The translations under genes were made by a program, and so were the position numbers. From assembly GCF_009914755.1 (NCBI RefSeq), contig NC_060928.1: a DNA stretch of 64,000 nt, one strand, 5' to 3'. A model generated the notes under the pieces. That model was not told where the DNA came from, did not search any database, and saw only the letters and a list, made by a program, of their open reading frames with translations. This stretch comes from the human T2T-CHM13v2.0 reference genome, Homo sapiens. Positions 24,019 to 38,534 of the stretch are shown piece after piece. Within the stretch, counting starts at the first letter, position 1. Every line of letters starts with the position of its first letter.

Positions 24019-24387
24019 ATTATGGACTGAATTGTGACCTTCCAAAATTTATGGGTTGAATCCCAACACTCTATTGTAACTGTGTTTGGAGATACAACCT
24101 TTAAGGAGATAATTAAGATTAAATGAGGTCATAAGGGTGAGGCTTAAATTCAATAGGACTGTGTCCTTATAAGGAAAAAAAGAGACATAAAAAGTATATG
24201 CACACAGAGAAAAGACCATGTGAGGACACAGTAGAAGGTGGCCACCTGCAAGCCAGGAGGAGAGGACCCACCAGAAACCAACCCTGCCATAACCTTGATC
24301 TTGGATTCCAGCTTCCATAACTGTGAGCAAATACAAGTCAGTTAAGCCACTGAGTCTTTGATATTTTGTAATGGCCAACTGAGCTGA
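24019..24387 (+). mobile_element. MLT1A-type LTR
   Basis: 'tatggactgaattgtg...aaatgaggtcataagggtg...ccatgtgaggacacag...gccacctgcaagccagg'. Confidence 0.88.
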
Positions 24388-24854
24388 GGGATGCAGGCCC
24401 CATGGGGATGAAATCTAAACTTCAAAGGTGGAGGTCTTACTCATATGAATTCTGAGGAGTAGTTCCTTGGGCATGTGACACAATTTTTTAGGATGGATAA
24501 AAATCATGATAATATAAAAAACAGTTCAATATTTAGTAAAATCGTGTCAAAATTATTCCGTAAAATTGATTTTTTGAGGTTACGTTAGCTGTACTTCTGC
24601 TGAAAGCAGAAGTCTCTTCAAAAATTACATTCAACAATAATTTAATTTTAAAAATACATATTTTGTTTTATCCAAATAAGCTAAATTGATTGACATAAAA
24701 AGCTAGAAAATAAAATAATACAGAAAAAAACATAAAAACATGAACATTTATAAGATTATGTTTTATGTAGGGATACCTCGTATTCAAATATTGTTAATTC
24801 AAAGAATAACAATTAGATATGTATTTTTATTTTTGAAAATAATATTATTGCTTT

Positions 24855-25492
24855 CTATTTTATTTTATGATATCTAATATTTCTACACATATATGGGGCA
24901 CATGTGATACATTGCTATATTGCTACATTCATAGAATGTGTAATAACTACATTTATGGTATCCATCACTTTAATTATTTAAAATCTTTACATATTGGGAG
25001 CATTTCAAGTCCTCACTTCTAGCTATTTTGGAATATCCAATATATTGTTGTTAACTATAGTCATCCTTTCCACTATAAAACATTAGAACTGATTCCTTTT
25101 ATATAACTGTGTGTTTGTACCCATTAACTAACACTTCTTCATCCCTCTTCTCCCAATACACAGCCTTTCTAGCATCTTGTATCTATCATTCTACTCTCTA
25201 CCTCCATGAGATCAAATTTTTAGCTCCCACATATGAGTCAGAACATGCAATATTTGTCTTTCTGTGCTTGGCTTAACATAAATTCCCCCACTTTTATACA
25301 TGTTGCTGAAAATGACATGATTTCATTCTTTTTAGGACCAAATAGTATTCCACTGTGCATATACGCCCCATTTTCTTTATTCATTAGTCCACTGGGCATG
25401 TAAATAGGTTCTGTATCTTTGCTATGGTAAATAGTGCTGCAATAGATGGGGTGCAGGTTTCTTTTTAGTATACAGACATATATCTTCCTTTT
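24855..25492 (-). mobile_element. L1MA 3' end
   Basis: L1MA 3'UTR plus ORF2 C-terminus; ORF 25238-25567 contains KKNEIMSF and SQAQKDKYCMF. Confidence 0.88.
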
Positions 25493-26484
25493 TAAGACAA
25501 ATTGTAATAAAATAGAGATGCAAATTAAATGGAACAGAAAGGAAAAAGTTGTAAAAAATTCAAGCAAAGGGTTTTGCTGGTAACAAATGCATCCAGCCTA
25601 AATAATAAAAAGACCAAATTGGAAGATTGAAAGGAAGCTGCCAGAGCACTGACTGCTCTCTGCTGGTGGAATTCTACCAGTGAATTGGTAAGCCACTAAA
25701 ATAACACAAAGTCTGCAATAGAAGTCATACAAATAATGTTAAATATAATGCAAACAATTGTAAATTTTTGAATAGTTGTAAAAATATGGTTTTAAAATTA
25801 TCACTGTAAAAAATTTACAATCACCAGCATCTACAGCAAATTACAGCCTACATTTGGGAGTCTCAGGAAAGCTTTATTCTATGTGTCCCAAGGTACAGAG
25901 CAAACAATTCAGAGAATTGTAAATCATCATGTTAACTGGAGTGAGCTAAAAAGAGTTTAAATATTTCACACAAAATCATTTACAAAAACAAGTTCAGATT
26001 ACATTAGACAATCCTGCCTATAAAAGTTCTTTCCTAACCAAATATTTACTCTCAGGGTATGTCCTTGTCTTCCAGCCACTGGCACATCAACGGTTCTTCT
26101 CCTGATTCTCCCTCCCTCCTCTTTATTACTTTCTTCTCATCTCACATTCCCGTTGAGAAACAAAAGCAAATTTGCCAATTTTTCTCTTATGAAGCCTTTG
26201 CATGATCACTTTCATTACTTTGTTTCCTGCCTACATCCAAATCTCATATTAAGTAAATTATCACGAAATATTTTACAACAAAGAAATTTCCTTACTTAAA
26301 TTATGATAGTAGGAAGTGGTATGCTGAAACCAGCTCACACAGATTTTGTGGCTGTCTTCCCAACTCTACATTCAGTAATGCCACTTTGGCAGCTTTAAAG
26401 TGGTGCCTGTATAGAGAGAAGGAGGGGTGGAGGGAACATTTAGATAATTGAAATGAGTAAATTGGGGCTTCTTCTCTTCCCTGG

Positions 26485-26556
26485 AGAGTCAATTGTTTTA
26501 ACATTTCTCAGTGCAGCACTAGAATCAATTGTTTTAACATTTCTCAGTGCAGCACT
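26485..26556. repeat. 36-bp tandem duplication
   Basis: AGA(G/A)TCAATTGTTTTAACATTTCTCAGTGCAGCACT twice, 35/36 identical. Confidence 0.97.
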
Positions 26557-26589
26557 AAAGCCATTTATTGTTAGGAAATATTAACGATG

Positions 26590-27151
<562 letters not shown>

Positions 27152-27164
27152 TTAGAAAAATATT

Positions 27165-27360
27165 AGAAAGGAAAGTCTGGGAGTCGTGAGACCTGAGAAT
27201 AGGTCCCTGTGTTCCATTTTTGCTCTTTGGCCTTGGGCAATTTGTTTTCTTCAGCCTGAAATGAAGTCTCCTCAACTAAAACTATAGATAAAAATAACTA
27301 TCTTACAGGATTGTTTGATGAATATTTCAATGAAGTCACAAAGTTTTTCATTAATCTAAA
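27165..27360 (+). mobile_element. MIR SINE
   Basis: 'ggccttgggcaattt...aaaataactatcttacaggattgtttgatgaatatt'. Confidence 0.6.
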
Positions 27361-27615
27361 ACATATAATGCATTTGTAATATTTAGTTAATACTTAAATA
27401 AACAATTTCTTCATTTTCTTTTACTCATTATTCCTGGTTGTATCACTTGAGTTCTCCTTATATAAAAATATGTGTTGATTTTGGACACATGAGAAACAGA
27501 ATTGTCTTATTTTTCAAATATTTTTCCTATTTGCAGTGGGCTTTAGCTCCTCAAACATATGACTACAGTTACCATGTTTTCCTAAATAGCCTCTTTTTAA
27601 AAAGAAAATGTGGTT

Positions 27616-29368
27616 CTTTTTAACTTTTATTTTAAGTTCAGGGGTACAAGTGCAAGTTTTTTACATAGGTAAACTTGTGTTATGGGGTTTGTTGTACAGA
27701 TTATTTCATAACCCAGATATTAACCCTAGTAGCACCCATTAGTTATTTTCCTGATCCCTTCCTCCACGCTAGCTCCATCCGTGCAAAAAGGCCTGAGTGT
27801 GTGTTGTGCCCCTCTTCGTGTCTGTGTGTTCTCATCATTTATCTCCCACTTATGAGTGAGAACATGCGATATTTGGTTTTCTGTTCTTGTGTTAATTTTC
27901 TAAGGCTAATGGCCTCCAGCTCCATCCATGTCCCTGAAAAGGGCATGATCTCATTCTTTTTTAATTTTAATTTAATTTTAAGTTCCAGGGTGTGCAGGTT
28001 TGTTACATAAGTAAACATGTGCCATGGTGATTTGCTGTACCCCTCAACCCATCACCTAGGTATTAAGCCCAGCATGCATTAGCTATTTTTTCCTGATGCT
28101 CTCTCTCACCCCACCCCCCAATAAGCCCCAGTGTGTGTTGTTCCCCTCCCTGTATTTATATGTTCACATTGTTCAGCTCCTGCTTATAAGTGAGAATATG
28201 TGGTGTTTGGTTTTCTGTTCCTGTATTGGTTTGCTGAGGATTATGGCTTCCAGTTCCATCCATGTTCCTGCAAAGAACATGATCTTGTTCTTTTTTATGG
28301 CTGCATAGTATTCCATGGTGTATATGTACCACATTTTCTTTATCCAGTCTATCATTAATGGATATTTAGGTTGATTCTATTTATTTGCTATTGGAATAGT
28401 GCTACAATGAACATATGCATTAATGAATCTTTATAATAGAATGATTTATATTCATTTGGGTATATACCCAGTTATGGGATTGCTGGGTCAAATGGTATTT
28501 CTGGTTCTAGGTCTTTGAGGAATTGCCACACTGTCTTTCACGATGGTTAAACTAATTTACATGCCCGCCAACAGTGTAAAAGTGTTCCTATTTCTCCACA
28601 GCCTTGCCAGCATCTGTTGTTTCTTTACTTTTTAGTAATCATCATTCCAACTAGTGTGAGGTGGTATCTGATTGTGGTTTCCATTTGCATTTCCCTAATG
28701 ATCAGTGATATTGAGGTTTTTATCATTAGAGTGAACCAACAACTTTCAGAGTGGGAGAAAATTTTTGCGATCTATCTATCTGAAGAAGGTTTAATATCCA
28801 GGATCTACAAGATACTTCAGCAAATTTAAAGAAAAAAAAAAACACAAAAAACCGCCCCATTAAAAGTGGGCAAAAACATGAATAGACACTTCTGGAAAGA
28901 AGACATTTAGGGGCCATAAAACATATGATCTTATTCTTTTTTATGGCTGCATAGATTTCATGGTGTATGTCTATCACATTTTCTTTATTCAGTCTATCAT
29001 TGATGAAAATTTAGGTTGATTTCATGTCTTTGCTATTGTGAAGAGTGCTGTAATGAACATTCGTATGCATGTGTCTTTATGATAGAATGATTTATATTTC
29101 TTTGGGTATATACCCCATAAGAAGATTGCTGGATCAAATAGTATTTCTATCTTTAATTCTTTGAGGAATTGTCATACTGTCTCACACAACAGTTGAACTA
29201 ATTTACACTCCCATCAACAGTGTATAAGCGTTCATTTTTCTCCACAACCTCACCAGCATCTGCTATTTTTGACTTTAGTAATAGCCATTCTAAATGGTGT
29301 GAGATGGCAGCTCATTGTGATTTTAATTTGCATTTGTCTAATGATCAGTGATGTTTAGCTTTTTTTTT
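27616..29368 (-). mobile_element. L1PA (about PA13) 3' fragment, host of a nested L1
   Basis: 3'UTR 'ttttaagttcaggggtacaagtgc' at 27616-27962; resumes at 28944. Confidence 0.9.
27964..28924 (-). mobile_element. Younger L1PA (about PA8-PA11) with 5' inversion
   Basis: Minus segment 27964-28726 and inverted (+) segment 28722-28924; TSD ATGATCT(C/T)ATTCTTTTTTA. Confidence 0.9.
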
Positions 29369-29374
29369 GTTATT

Positions 29375-32226
29375 TGTTATTCTGCTGTTGTGAGATGACA
29401 TGTTCTGCATATATCTGTTAGATCCTTTTGGCTTAAAGTGTAGTTTAAATTCCAAAAGTTTTCTTATTGATTTTCTGTCTGGATATTTTATCCAGTATTG
29501 AGAATTAGGCATTAAATTATCATACTATTATTGTATTTCTGTCTATTTCTGCCTTCAATTTGTTAATATTTTCTTTATATTTTGGTGCTCCAATGCTGTG
29601 TGTATTCCAACATATTGATATATTTAAAACTGTTATAGCCTCCTGATTTCAAATTTCTGTATATATAATGACCTTCTTCCCCTCTTGTGATAGTTTTTGA
29701 CATAAAGTCTATATTGTCTAAAATAATTATAGCTACCCCTGATCATTGTTTATTTCCATTTGCATGGAATACCGGTTTTTTTCTGTCTCTTTACATTTAG
29801 CCTATGTGTGTCCTTTAAGCTGAAGTGAGTCTTTTATGGGCAATATATACTTGGGTCTTGTTTTTGTTTTTAAATCTATTCAGTCACTCTGTATCTTTTG
29901 ATTGAAATTCAAATCCATTTACATTTAAAGTAATTATTGATAGGTAAGGACTATTTCCATCTTAAAAATTGTTTTCCGGTTTTTATGTATCTTTGTATTT
30001 TCTAAGTTCCTTAGTCCCTCTATCACTGTTTCTTTTAGATTCAATGATTCATTGATTTTTTTGGTAGCAGTATGCTTTAATTCTTATCTCTTTATATTTT
30101 GTATATCTGCTATGATTTTTTGCCTTGTGATTACCATGAGGCTCATATAAAATAGAATATAGTTCTAATAGTCTATTTTAAACTGATGACAACTTAATTT
30201 CTATCACATTAAAAAATCCTACACTTTCATTTCCCCCACTTTATGTTTTCGATATCACAATTTACATCTTTTTAAATATATATCTATGAGCAAGTTATTA
30301 TAGCTCTTATTATTTTAAGTACTTTTCAATTTTAACCTTTTACTAGAGTTAAAAATGATTTACATACCATAATTACAGTGTTAAAGAATTCTAAATTTGT
30401 CTATATACTTGCATTTACCAGTGAGTTTTATACTTTCATTTGAATTTGTGTTACTAATTATCATGATTATATTTCAGATTAAATAACTTTCTTTAGCATT
30501 TCTTACAAGGCAGGTCTAGTAGTAATGAATTATCTCAGCTTTTTTTCATTTGGGATAATTTTTCTCCTTTATTTCTGATGTACAGCTTTACCAGGTAAAT
30601 TATTATTGGTTGACTTGTTTTTGTTTTTTTTTCATTTAGTATTTTGAATGTATCGTCCAAATCTTTCCTGGCTTGCCAGGTTTATGGTGAGACATCCACT
30701 AGTAGTCTTATAAGAATTCATTTGTACGTGACCAGTCTCTCTTCTCATGCTGCTTTCAAAATTCTCTTTGTCTTTGATTTTTGACAGTTTGATTATAACG
30801 TGTCTCAGTGAAGTACTCTTTGTGTTGTGCCTGTTTGGGAATATTTGGGCATCATGTACTTGAATATCTTTATCTCTTTTCATATTTGAGAATTTTTCAA
30901 TTGTATTTCTTTAAATAAGCTTTTTCACCCTTTACCTCTTCTTTATCTGGAAATCTCATAATTTTTATATTAATTCTGTTGATATTTTCACATAAATTTG
31001 GTAGTCTTTCTTCATTTCTGTTTGTTTTTTCTCATTTGATTGGATGATTTCAAGTCATCTGTCTGCAAATTCCTGGATTATTTTTTCTGCTTGATGAAAT
31101 CATTTGTTGATTACCTCCATTGAATTTTTCATTTAATTCATTATAGTCTTCAGTTCTGGAATTTCTGTTTCCTTCTTTTTTATATAATTTTTGTCTTTGC
31201 TGAACATCTTTCTCCATGTTTTTTTCTGATTTCATTGAATTTTCCATCTTTTTTTTTTAGCACTCTGAGTTTTTTTATTTTGAATTATTTGTCTGGTACT
31301 TCATAAATCCCCATTTATGAGGCCAATTACTGGAAAATTATGGTGTTATTTTGGTGGTATCATGTTTCCTTGAGTTTCAATGTTCCTTGAAGCCTTTCAT
31401 TTCAATCTTCACATTTTAAGAAGCGATTACTATCTCCTATCCTTTGTGACTGGATTTGGGAAAGAAACACCTTCACCAGTAAGCCCAGCTAGGGATTCTG
31501 AGGCTCTCTTGAACCTTTTATATAAATACTCCTGCTCCATACCTCTGTTCCCTCTTGGGGGAGAAAATTCTTAGGATCATATGTCTTTTTTTTAATCCTG
31601 CAAAGGGAGGTCAGGGGCTGAGATCTTCCCATTTTTTTTCCCAGTATTGGGGGGTACCAGTGGGTCACTTGGAGAAGTTCACAGTTGTATCCCAAGTGAC
31701 TCATAGACAGGCACCGTAATGGAGTCTGACTAGAGGTTATACTAAATGTGGCTATTTGTTGAGTTCTGAGTTTTGCTTGCTATGAATCCTACCTCTCTTC
31801 CCTGCTCCCAGCTTCTCCCAACCACTCATCCATACTGATTACCTCAGTAATCTGGGTGGTGTGAAAAATAAGTGGGTCTCTTGGGCAGTAACTTGAACAG
31901 AGTAAGAATCCAGGCACTCACCCACTGTACTTTCACTTTCTTCCATGGAAGAAATTGCGGGCTAAAGGTACCTCAATCTCTTTTGGTACTGAGCTGTGCT
32001 ACCTCATGGAGGGATGATATGGCTTAAGTGAAACTGTTGTTCTTAACCTTTTCAATGTGTTTATTGTCAGATTTTTTGCTCCAAAGGTGTGCTAGACCTT
32101 CTCTTCTGTACTCCTGGACTCCCAGAAAGGTACTTTCATTAGTAGATAATGGTCAAAATTAGTGCTCCTATGGAAAGACAATGGTAGAAAATTTCTATAC
32201 CATAATGTTGCTGATGTCACTCTTCC
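29375..32226 (-). mobile_element. Old L1M 5' half (5'UTR, ORF1, ORF2 endonuclease)
   Basis: ORF 30632-30883 DIQVHDAQIFPNR...RHVIIKLSKIKDKE is ORF1p-like; 5' terminus 'atgttgctgatgtcactc'. Confidence 0.85.
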
Positions 32227-33344
32227 TTAAATAGTCTTTTCTTCTTAGTAACATCAGCATTTTAATACAGCATTATTATAAATTTTAGTTCCTTAATAAC
32301 TGGTGTGTTAACTCTGGAATACTCCAAACTGTTTCTTTTTCAAAAATCATAAAACGTTTAATGTTTCACCTTTTCTTTTTTTTTTTTTTTTTTTTGCCCT
32401 CTTTTAAGAACTCCTAAAATGTTTGTGGCCCAACAGCTTCTTGGTGGCAGACATTGCTGATATGCTGCTATGACCATAAATTATTTTGGCTCAAGAGTGT
32501 GATTAATAATTTACTCTTGCAGTAGTCCTTCAGATTTTATTTTATTAATGTAAGAACACACTTAGAATCATCTCCTGATTCATGCGTAGCTATATCCGTA
32601 TTCTGCGCAGAATGTTAGGAAATGGATAGTGCTGAATATTTAGGGCCCTACCTTTCAATAGAATCACTGCACACATCAGCATGTCTATATGTCTCCTGTA
32701 TGACAGATCTTTAAGAACATAGGAATTCGAAAGATATATTTTTTTACTCAATGCTTCTAAAAAGATATATAAAATGCATTTGCCTGTTCAACTGTCTCTA
32801 TAGTGTATCTCCAGGCATATAATTTTTCATCTTATCAAGTGACTTTTACCAATTTGACAGAATCAAACAATTAAGGTAAACCATAGCTTCAGTTTTGAAA
32901 AATAATGCTCTACTTTAGAAGGAATGTATATGGCCCTTTTATTCCAAAATTCTTGTGTTGATATTTTGGTAGAAGTTTCTAGATAATTAGTTCTAGTTTT
33001 GCTATACATAATATCTGTTTGTTTTGCCATAATAATGTTTGCAAAACATTATTAGTTCTTCTAATATGACTATTATAAGATATTCAAAAACAATTCTCAA
33101 GCATTGTATTAAAACCACTGGTATCATTGATGCAATTGTAAGACCCTTAACATTCCTGATTAATTACATTATTTCATTTCACTGAAAATTATTCCCAAAC
33201 TTTACGTTTCTTTTAACATGTAGAATATAAACTCATGAATAGAGACCATGCCTCTAGATATTATTTTAATTATTATTTTAAATTATTTTAAGTTGGCATA
33301 AAAATTTCCATCAGATTATTATGGATAGATCGTATGTAGAATCC

Positions 33345-33500
33345 AGAATACTCATTTGACATGTGAAAAAACAAAACAAAACAAAACAGTAAAACACAGG
33401 TTAAAGTGAGTTGCCAAAGTCATAGGTTAATTATTTGTCATTATCTATAGGATAATTTAAGTTTCTTGATTACAAGTTCATTATGTTTCAATAGCACTAG
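33345..33500 (-). mobile_element. MIR fragment
   Basis: 'cacaggttaaagtgagttgccaaagtcataggttaatt'. Confidence 0.5.
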
Positions 33501-34202
33501 TGCAATTAAATAAATCATGGAAACCAATCGGAACTAGTTAACACACTCACAAAATCCACATTTACTATGATGCAGCCTTGTTTGAAACTCTATAGATACA
33601 GCCACAGACACACTAAAAGATATTGTTAATCCCCTTGGTAGTAGTTATAAACTTTTTTTTTTCTTTTCTGTCATTGAGTATGTGAATCAAATCTCAGTGT
33701 AAGTACTAATATCAGTGTACTAATTAAATGAAGTATAATAAGTAGAAGAAATCCATAAGGAGGAAGCCAGTTAAATAAATACAGCAGGTACTTAGAAAAT
33801 GCTTTTTTTAAAAAAAGGCCAAAAAGATAAATAAAGAGGCCTCGTTTGTTGTGGCAGAGCCTAAAACGGTGAAATATTTTGCTCTGATAACACAATCAAG
33901 GGTTTAATCCACTTTATATGGGTAATATGGTTTAAAAATAAACAAAATTTAGGTAAAATATGGCAAAGTAAAGAAACTTTTATTCCATTTTTATAATGCA
34001 TAAGAAATTATAAAAACATTGAATAATCAGGGCAAGAAATGTATTTCCCATGAAACTGGATATAAAACTAACCAAAGCCTCAGATAATGAACTGTAAATT
34101 GTCTGTACAGTGGATATATACAACGGGGAATACTGAGATCCTATACTTACAACTTAAGATTTTACGTGTCACATATGTATCCATAAAAGTATATAATATA
34201 TT

Positions 34203-34790
<588 letters not shown>

Positions 34791-35149
34791 CCTATGCCCC
34801 ACTCAGATACACCCCTCACTCAGGCTCTTTTGACACACTGTCTTAGGCCACTGTTTTTTTTTTTTTCACTCTTTTCACTTTGGAAACCGTTCTCACTTAG
34901 CCAGAGTTCAAATACTCTGCACTTCTCACTTTTCATCCAACACTTTCCATCTAATCCATAAACAGGCTACCTAGCTTCCCCATCCTGCACCTTGTTACCC
35001 TACTCATGATGCAATATTTCTAACCAATGTGCCCCTCAGCCACTTTCTAGACTACTCTTATTTAGCCCTCAACACCACAATCAGGGCCATGACAGGACCC
35101 CTTCCAGCTGTTTGGTGGGACACTAACTTGCTAGACCATTAGTACTACA

Positions 35150-35690
35150 TAATGACATAATAAATTTTTTAGAAGAAAGGAGAAAAAATAAGGTGGAAAT
35201 AGCAAGGGAAGAGAAATAGCTATGGTATGGTTTTGAGTAATATTGGGACGAGACATTTTCTCATATTTTAAAAGATGACACTTAGCATGGTGAATCCAAG
35301 ACTGAAGTGAGGTCATGGTTCAGAAGTCTAATGCAGCCCTCTAAAAGAGGCATGATAATGCCATGGATAGTGTGTTAATATGAAGATGTGAGTAGGTTAT
35401 GGTTTCTGAACATCTTTTGAAGGAGAAGACAATAGTATTAGCTGATGGGGTTTGAAAGAAAGAGAGCAGAAAGAAAGTATTTTCAGTGTCTTAAAAACGT
35501 GCATGTTTACAATTGCTATTTACTGACATGGCAACTGTCAAAGGAAAATTAGTTTTGAGAGAAATTTCAAGAACTGGTTTTGAATATATTAAATCTTTCA
35601 AGTGTATTTTGCATTTCAGAAGAGCTGTCGATTGTACAGAGGAATATGTAAGACTGAAGATTAGAAATAGCCCAGAGCTTAAATTATAAA
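35150..35690 (-). mobile_element. L2 fragment
   Basis: Purine-rich reverse-L2 pattern, e.g. 'ttttgaaggagaagacaatagtattagctgatgg' and 'ggttttgaatatattaaatctt'. Confidence 0.5.
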
Positions 35691-35849
35691 TTAAAAATAA
35701 AATTACCTCTATTCAACTTCACTTGAAACAATGGGTAATATAAAAAATGACTAAAGACAATACAGAAGACAGATAAAATAGTAACTGGAATATTATGAGA
35801 AGAAAAAAATACAAAAGCTGCTAGAAATATGTTTAAGTGCTGTATTGTC

Positions 35850-38533
35850 TGTATTTGTCTGTTCTCACAGTGCTGTAAAGAACTACCTGAGAAAGGGTAT
35901 TTTACAAAGAAAAGAGGTTTAATCAGTTCATGGTTCTGTAGTCTGTATAGGCTTCTGGGGAGGCCTCAGGAAACTTGCAATCATGGTAGAAGGCAAAAGG
36001 AAAGCATATCTTCACATGGCCAGCAGGAAAGAGAAAGAAAGCAAAATGAGAGGTGCTACACACATTCAAACAACCAGACATTGTGAAAACTCTATTATGA
36101 GACAGAACTAGGGGGATGGTGCTAAACCATTAGAAACTACCCCCATAATCCAATCATCTCCTACCAGGCCCCATATCCAAAATTGGGAATTATAATTCAA
36201 CATGATATTTTGGTGGGGACACAGAGCCAAACCATATTATTCCAACCCCAGTCTCTCCTAAATCTCATGTTCTTTTCACATTTCAAAACACATGCCTTCC
36301 CAACAGTCTCCCAAAGTCTTAACACATTCCAGGATTAACTTAAAAGTCCAAGTCCAAAGACTCGTCTGAGACAAGGAAAGTCCCTTTTACCTATGAGCCT
36401 GTAAAATCGAAAACAAAGTAGTTACTTTCAAGATACAATGGGGGCACAGGTGTTGGGTTAATGCTCCTGTTCCAAAAAGGGAGAAATTGGCAAAGCAAAG
36501 GGGCTGCAGGCCAAATGCAAATCTGAAAACCAGCAGGGCAGTCATTAGATCTTAAAGCTCCAAAATAATCTCCTTTGAGTCCATGGCTCACACCCATGCT
36601 GACACAAGGGGTGAACTTCCACAGCCTTGTTCAGCTCTATCTCTGTGGCTCTGAAGAGTACAGTCCCTGCAGCTGCTTTCATTGGCTGGCACTGCACGTA
36701 TGTGGCTTTTCCAGGCACACGGTACAGACTGTAGGTGAATCTACCATTCTGGAGTCTGGAGGATGGTGGCTCTCTTCTCATAGCTCCACTAGGAAGTTCC
36801 TCAGTGGGGACTCATGTAGGGGGCTCCAATTCCACATTTCCCTTTCACATTGCCCTACTAGAGGTTCTCCTGAGGGCTCCACTCCTGCAGCAAACTTCTG
36901 CCTGAACCTCCATGTGTTTTCATATATCCTCTGAAATCTAAACAGAGGCTCCAAAGCCTCAATTCTTACCCTCTTCACACCTGCAGGCTTATCACCACAT
37001 GGAAGTTGCCAAGCCATTTTACACCTTGCACCCTCTGGAGCAGCAACCTGAGACATTGTATTTGGGGACCTTTTAGCCATGGCAGGAGCCGGAGTGGCTG
37101 GGATTCTGGGCACCATGTTCCAAGGTTATGCAGAGCAACAGAGACCTGGACCTGTCCCACAAAGCCACATTTTCCTTCTAGGCCTACGAGCCCATGAAGA
37201 GAGGGGCCTTGTAAAGGTCTCTGAAATACTTTGGAGAAATTTTCCTCATTGTCTTGGCTATTAACATTTGGCTCCTCTTTACTTATGCAATTTTCTGTAG
37301 CCTGCTTATATTTTTCCCTAGAACATGTTTTTTTTTCTTTTTTTACCATATGGTTAGGCTGCAAATTTTCCAAACTTTTATACTCTGCTTCCCTTTTAAA
37401 TATACATTCCAGGCCAGGCATGGTGGCTCACACCTGTAATCCCAGCACTTTGGGAGGCCAAGGCTGGTGGATCATGAGGTCAGGAGTTTGAAACCAGTCT
37501 GACCAACATGGTGAAAGCCCTTCTCTACTAAAAATACAAAAATTAGCTGGGCGTGGTGGCGCATGCCTGTAATCCCAGCTACTCAGGAGGCTGAGGCAGG
37601 AGAACTAAAAAAAAATTATATAAATATAAATATTATATATATTTTATATGTGTGTGTATACATATATATTATATATATATATTCCAGTTCCAAGTAATCT
37701 CTTTGTTCACACATGTGAGCATATACTGTTAGAAGCAGCCAGGCCTCATCTCAAATGTTTTATTGCTTAGAAATTTCTTTCACCAGATAACCCAAATTAT
37801 CACTCACAAGTTCAAAGTTCCACAGATCTCTAGAGCAGGGGCACAATGCTGCAAGTCTTTTTGGTAAAGGATAGCAAGAGAAACCTTTACTACAGTTCCA
37901 GATAAATTCCTCATCTCCGTCTGAGACAACTTCAGCCTGGACTTCATTGTATATATCACTATCAGCACTTTGGTTACAACAATTTAATGTCTTTAAAAAG
38001 TTTCAAACTTTCCCTCATCTTTCTGTCTTCTTCTGAGCCCTCCAAACTGTTCCAACTTCTGCCTGTTACCCAGTTCCAAAGTTACTTTCACATTTTCAGA
38101 AATATTTATAGCAATTGCCCACTCCCTCTACCAATTTTCTGTATTAGTCTGTTCTCACATTGCTATGAACTAACTGAAACTGGGTAATTTATTTAAAAAG
38201 GCTTAATTGGCTCATTGTACTGGGGCTGTACAAGCTTCTGCTTCTGGGTAAGCCTCAGGAAACTTACAATCATGGTTGAAGGTGAAAGGGAAACAAGTAC
38301 ATATTCACATGGCCATCAGGAGAGAGAGAGAGTAAAGGGGGAGGTGCTACACATATTCAAACAACCAGATCTTATGAGAACTCCACCAAAAGCCAGCACT
38401 AGGGAGATGGTGATAAACCATTAAAACCACCCCCCGCAATAAGCCAGTCACCTCCCATGAGGCCCCACCTCCAACCTTGAGAATTACAATTAAACAGGAG
38501 ATTTTGGTGGAGATACAGAGACACACCATATCA
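35850..38533 (-). mobile_element. Complete MST (MSTA-like) MaLR: LTR 35850-36239, internal region, LTR 38140-38533
   Basis: Two similar LTRs around a MaLR-int with decayed ORF motifs (SLENLQP, EPPSSRLQNGR). Confidence 0.93.
37412..37615 (+). mobile_element. AluS lacking the distal right arm, followed by a (TA)n/(TG)n tract
   Basis: Ends at 'ggaggctgaggcaggagaac'; flanking repeat ATATA(C/T)ATTCCAG. Confidence 0.93.
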
Positions 38534-38534
38534 A

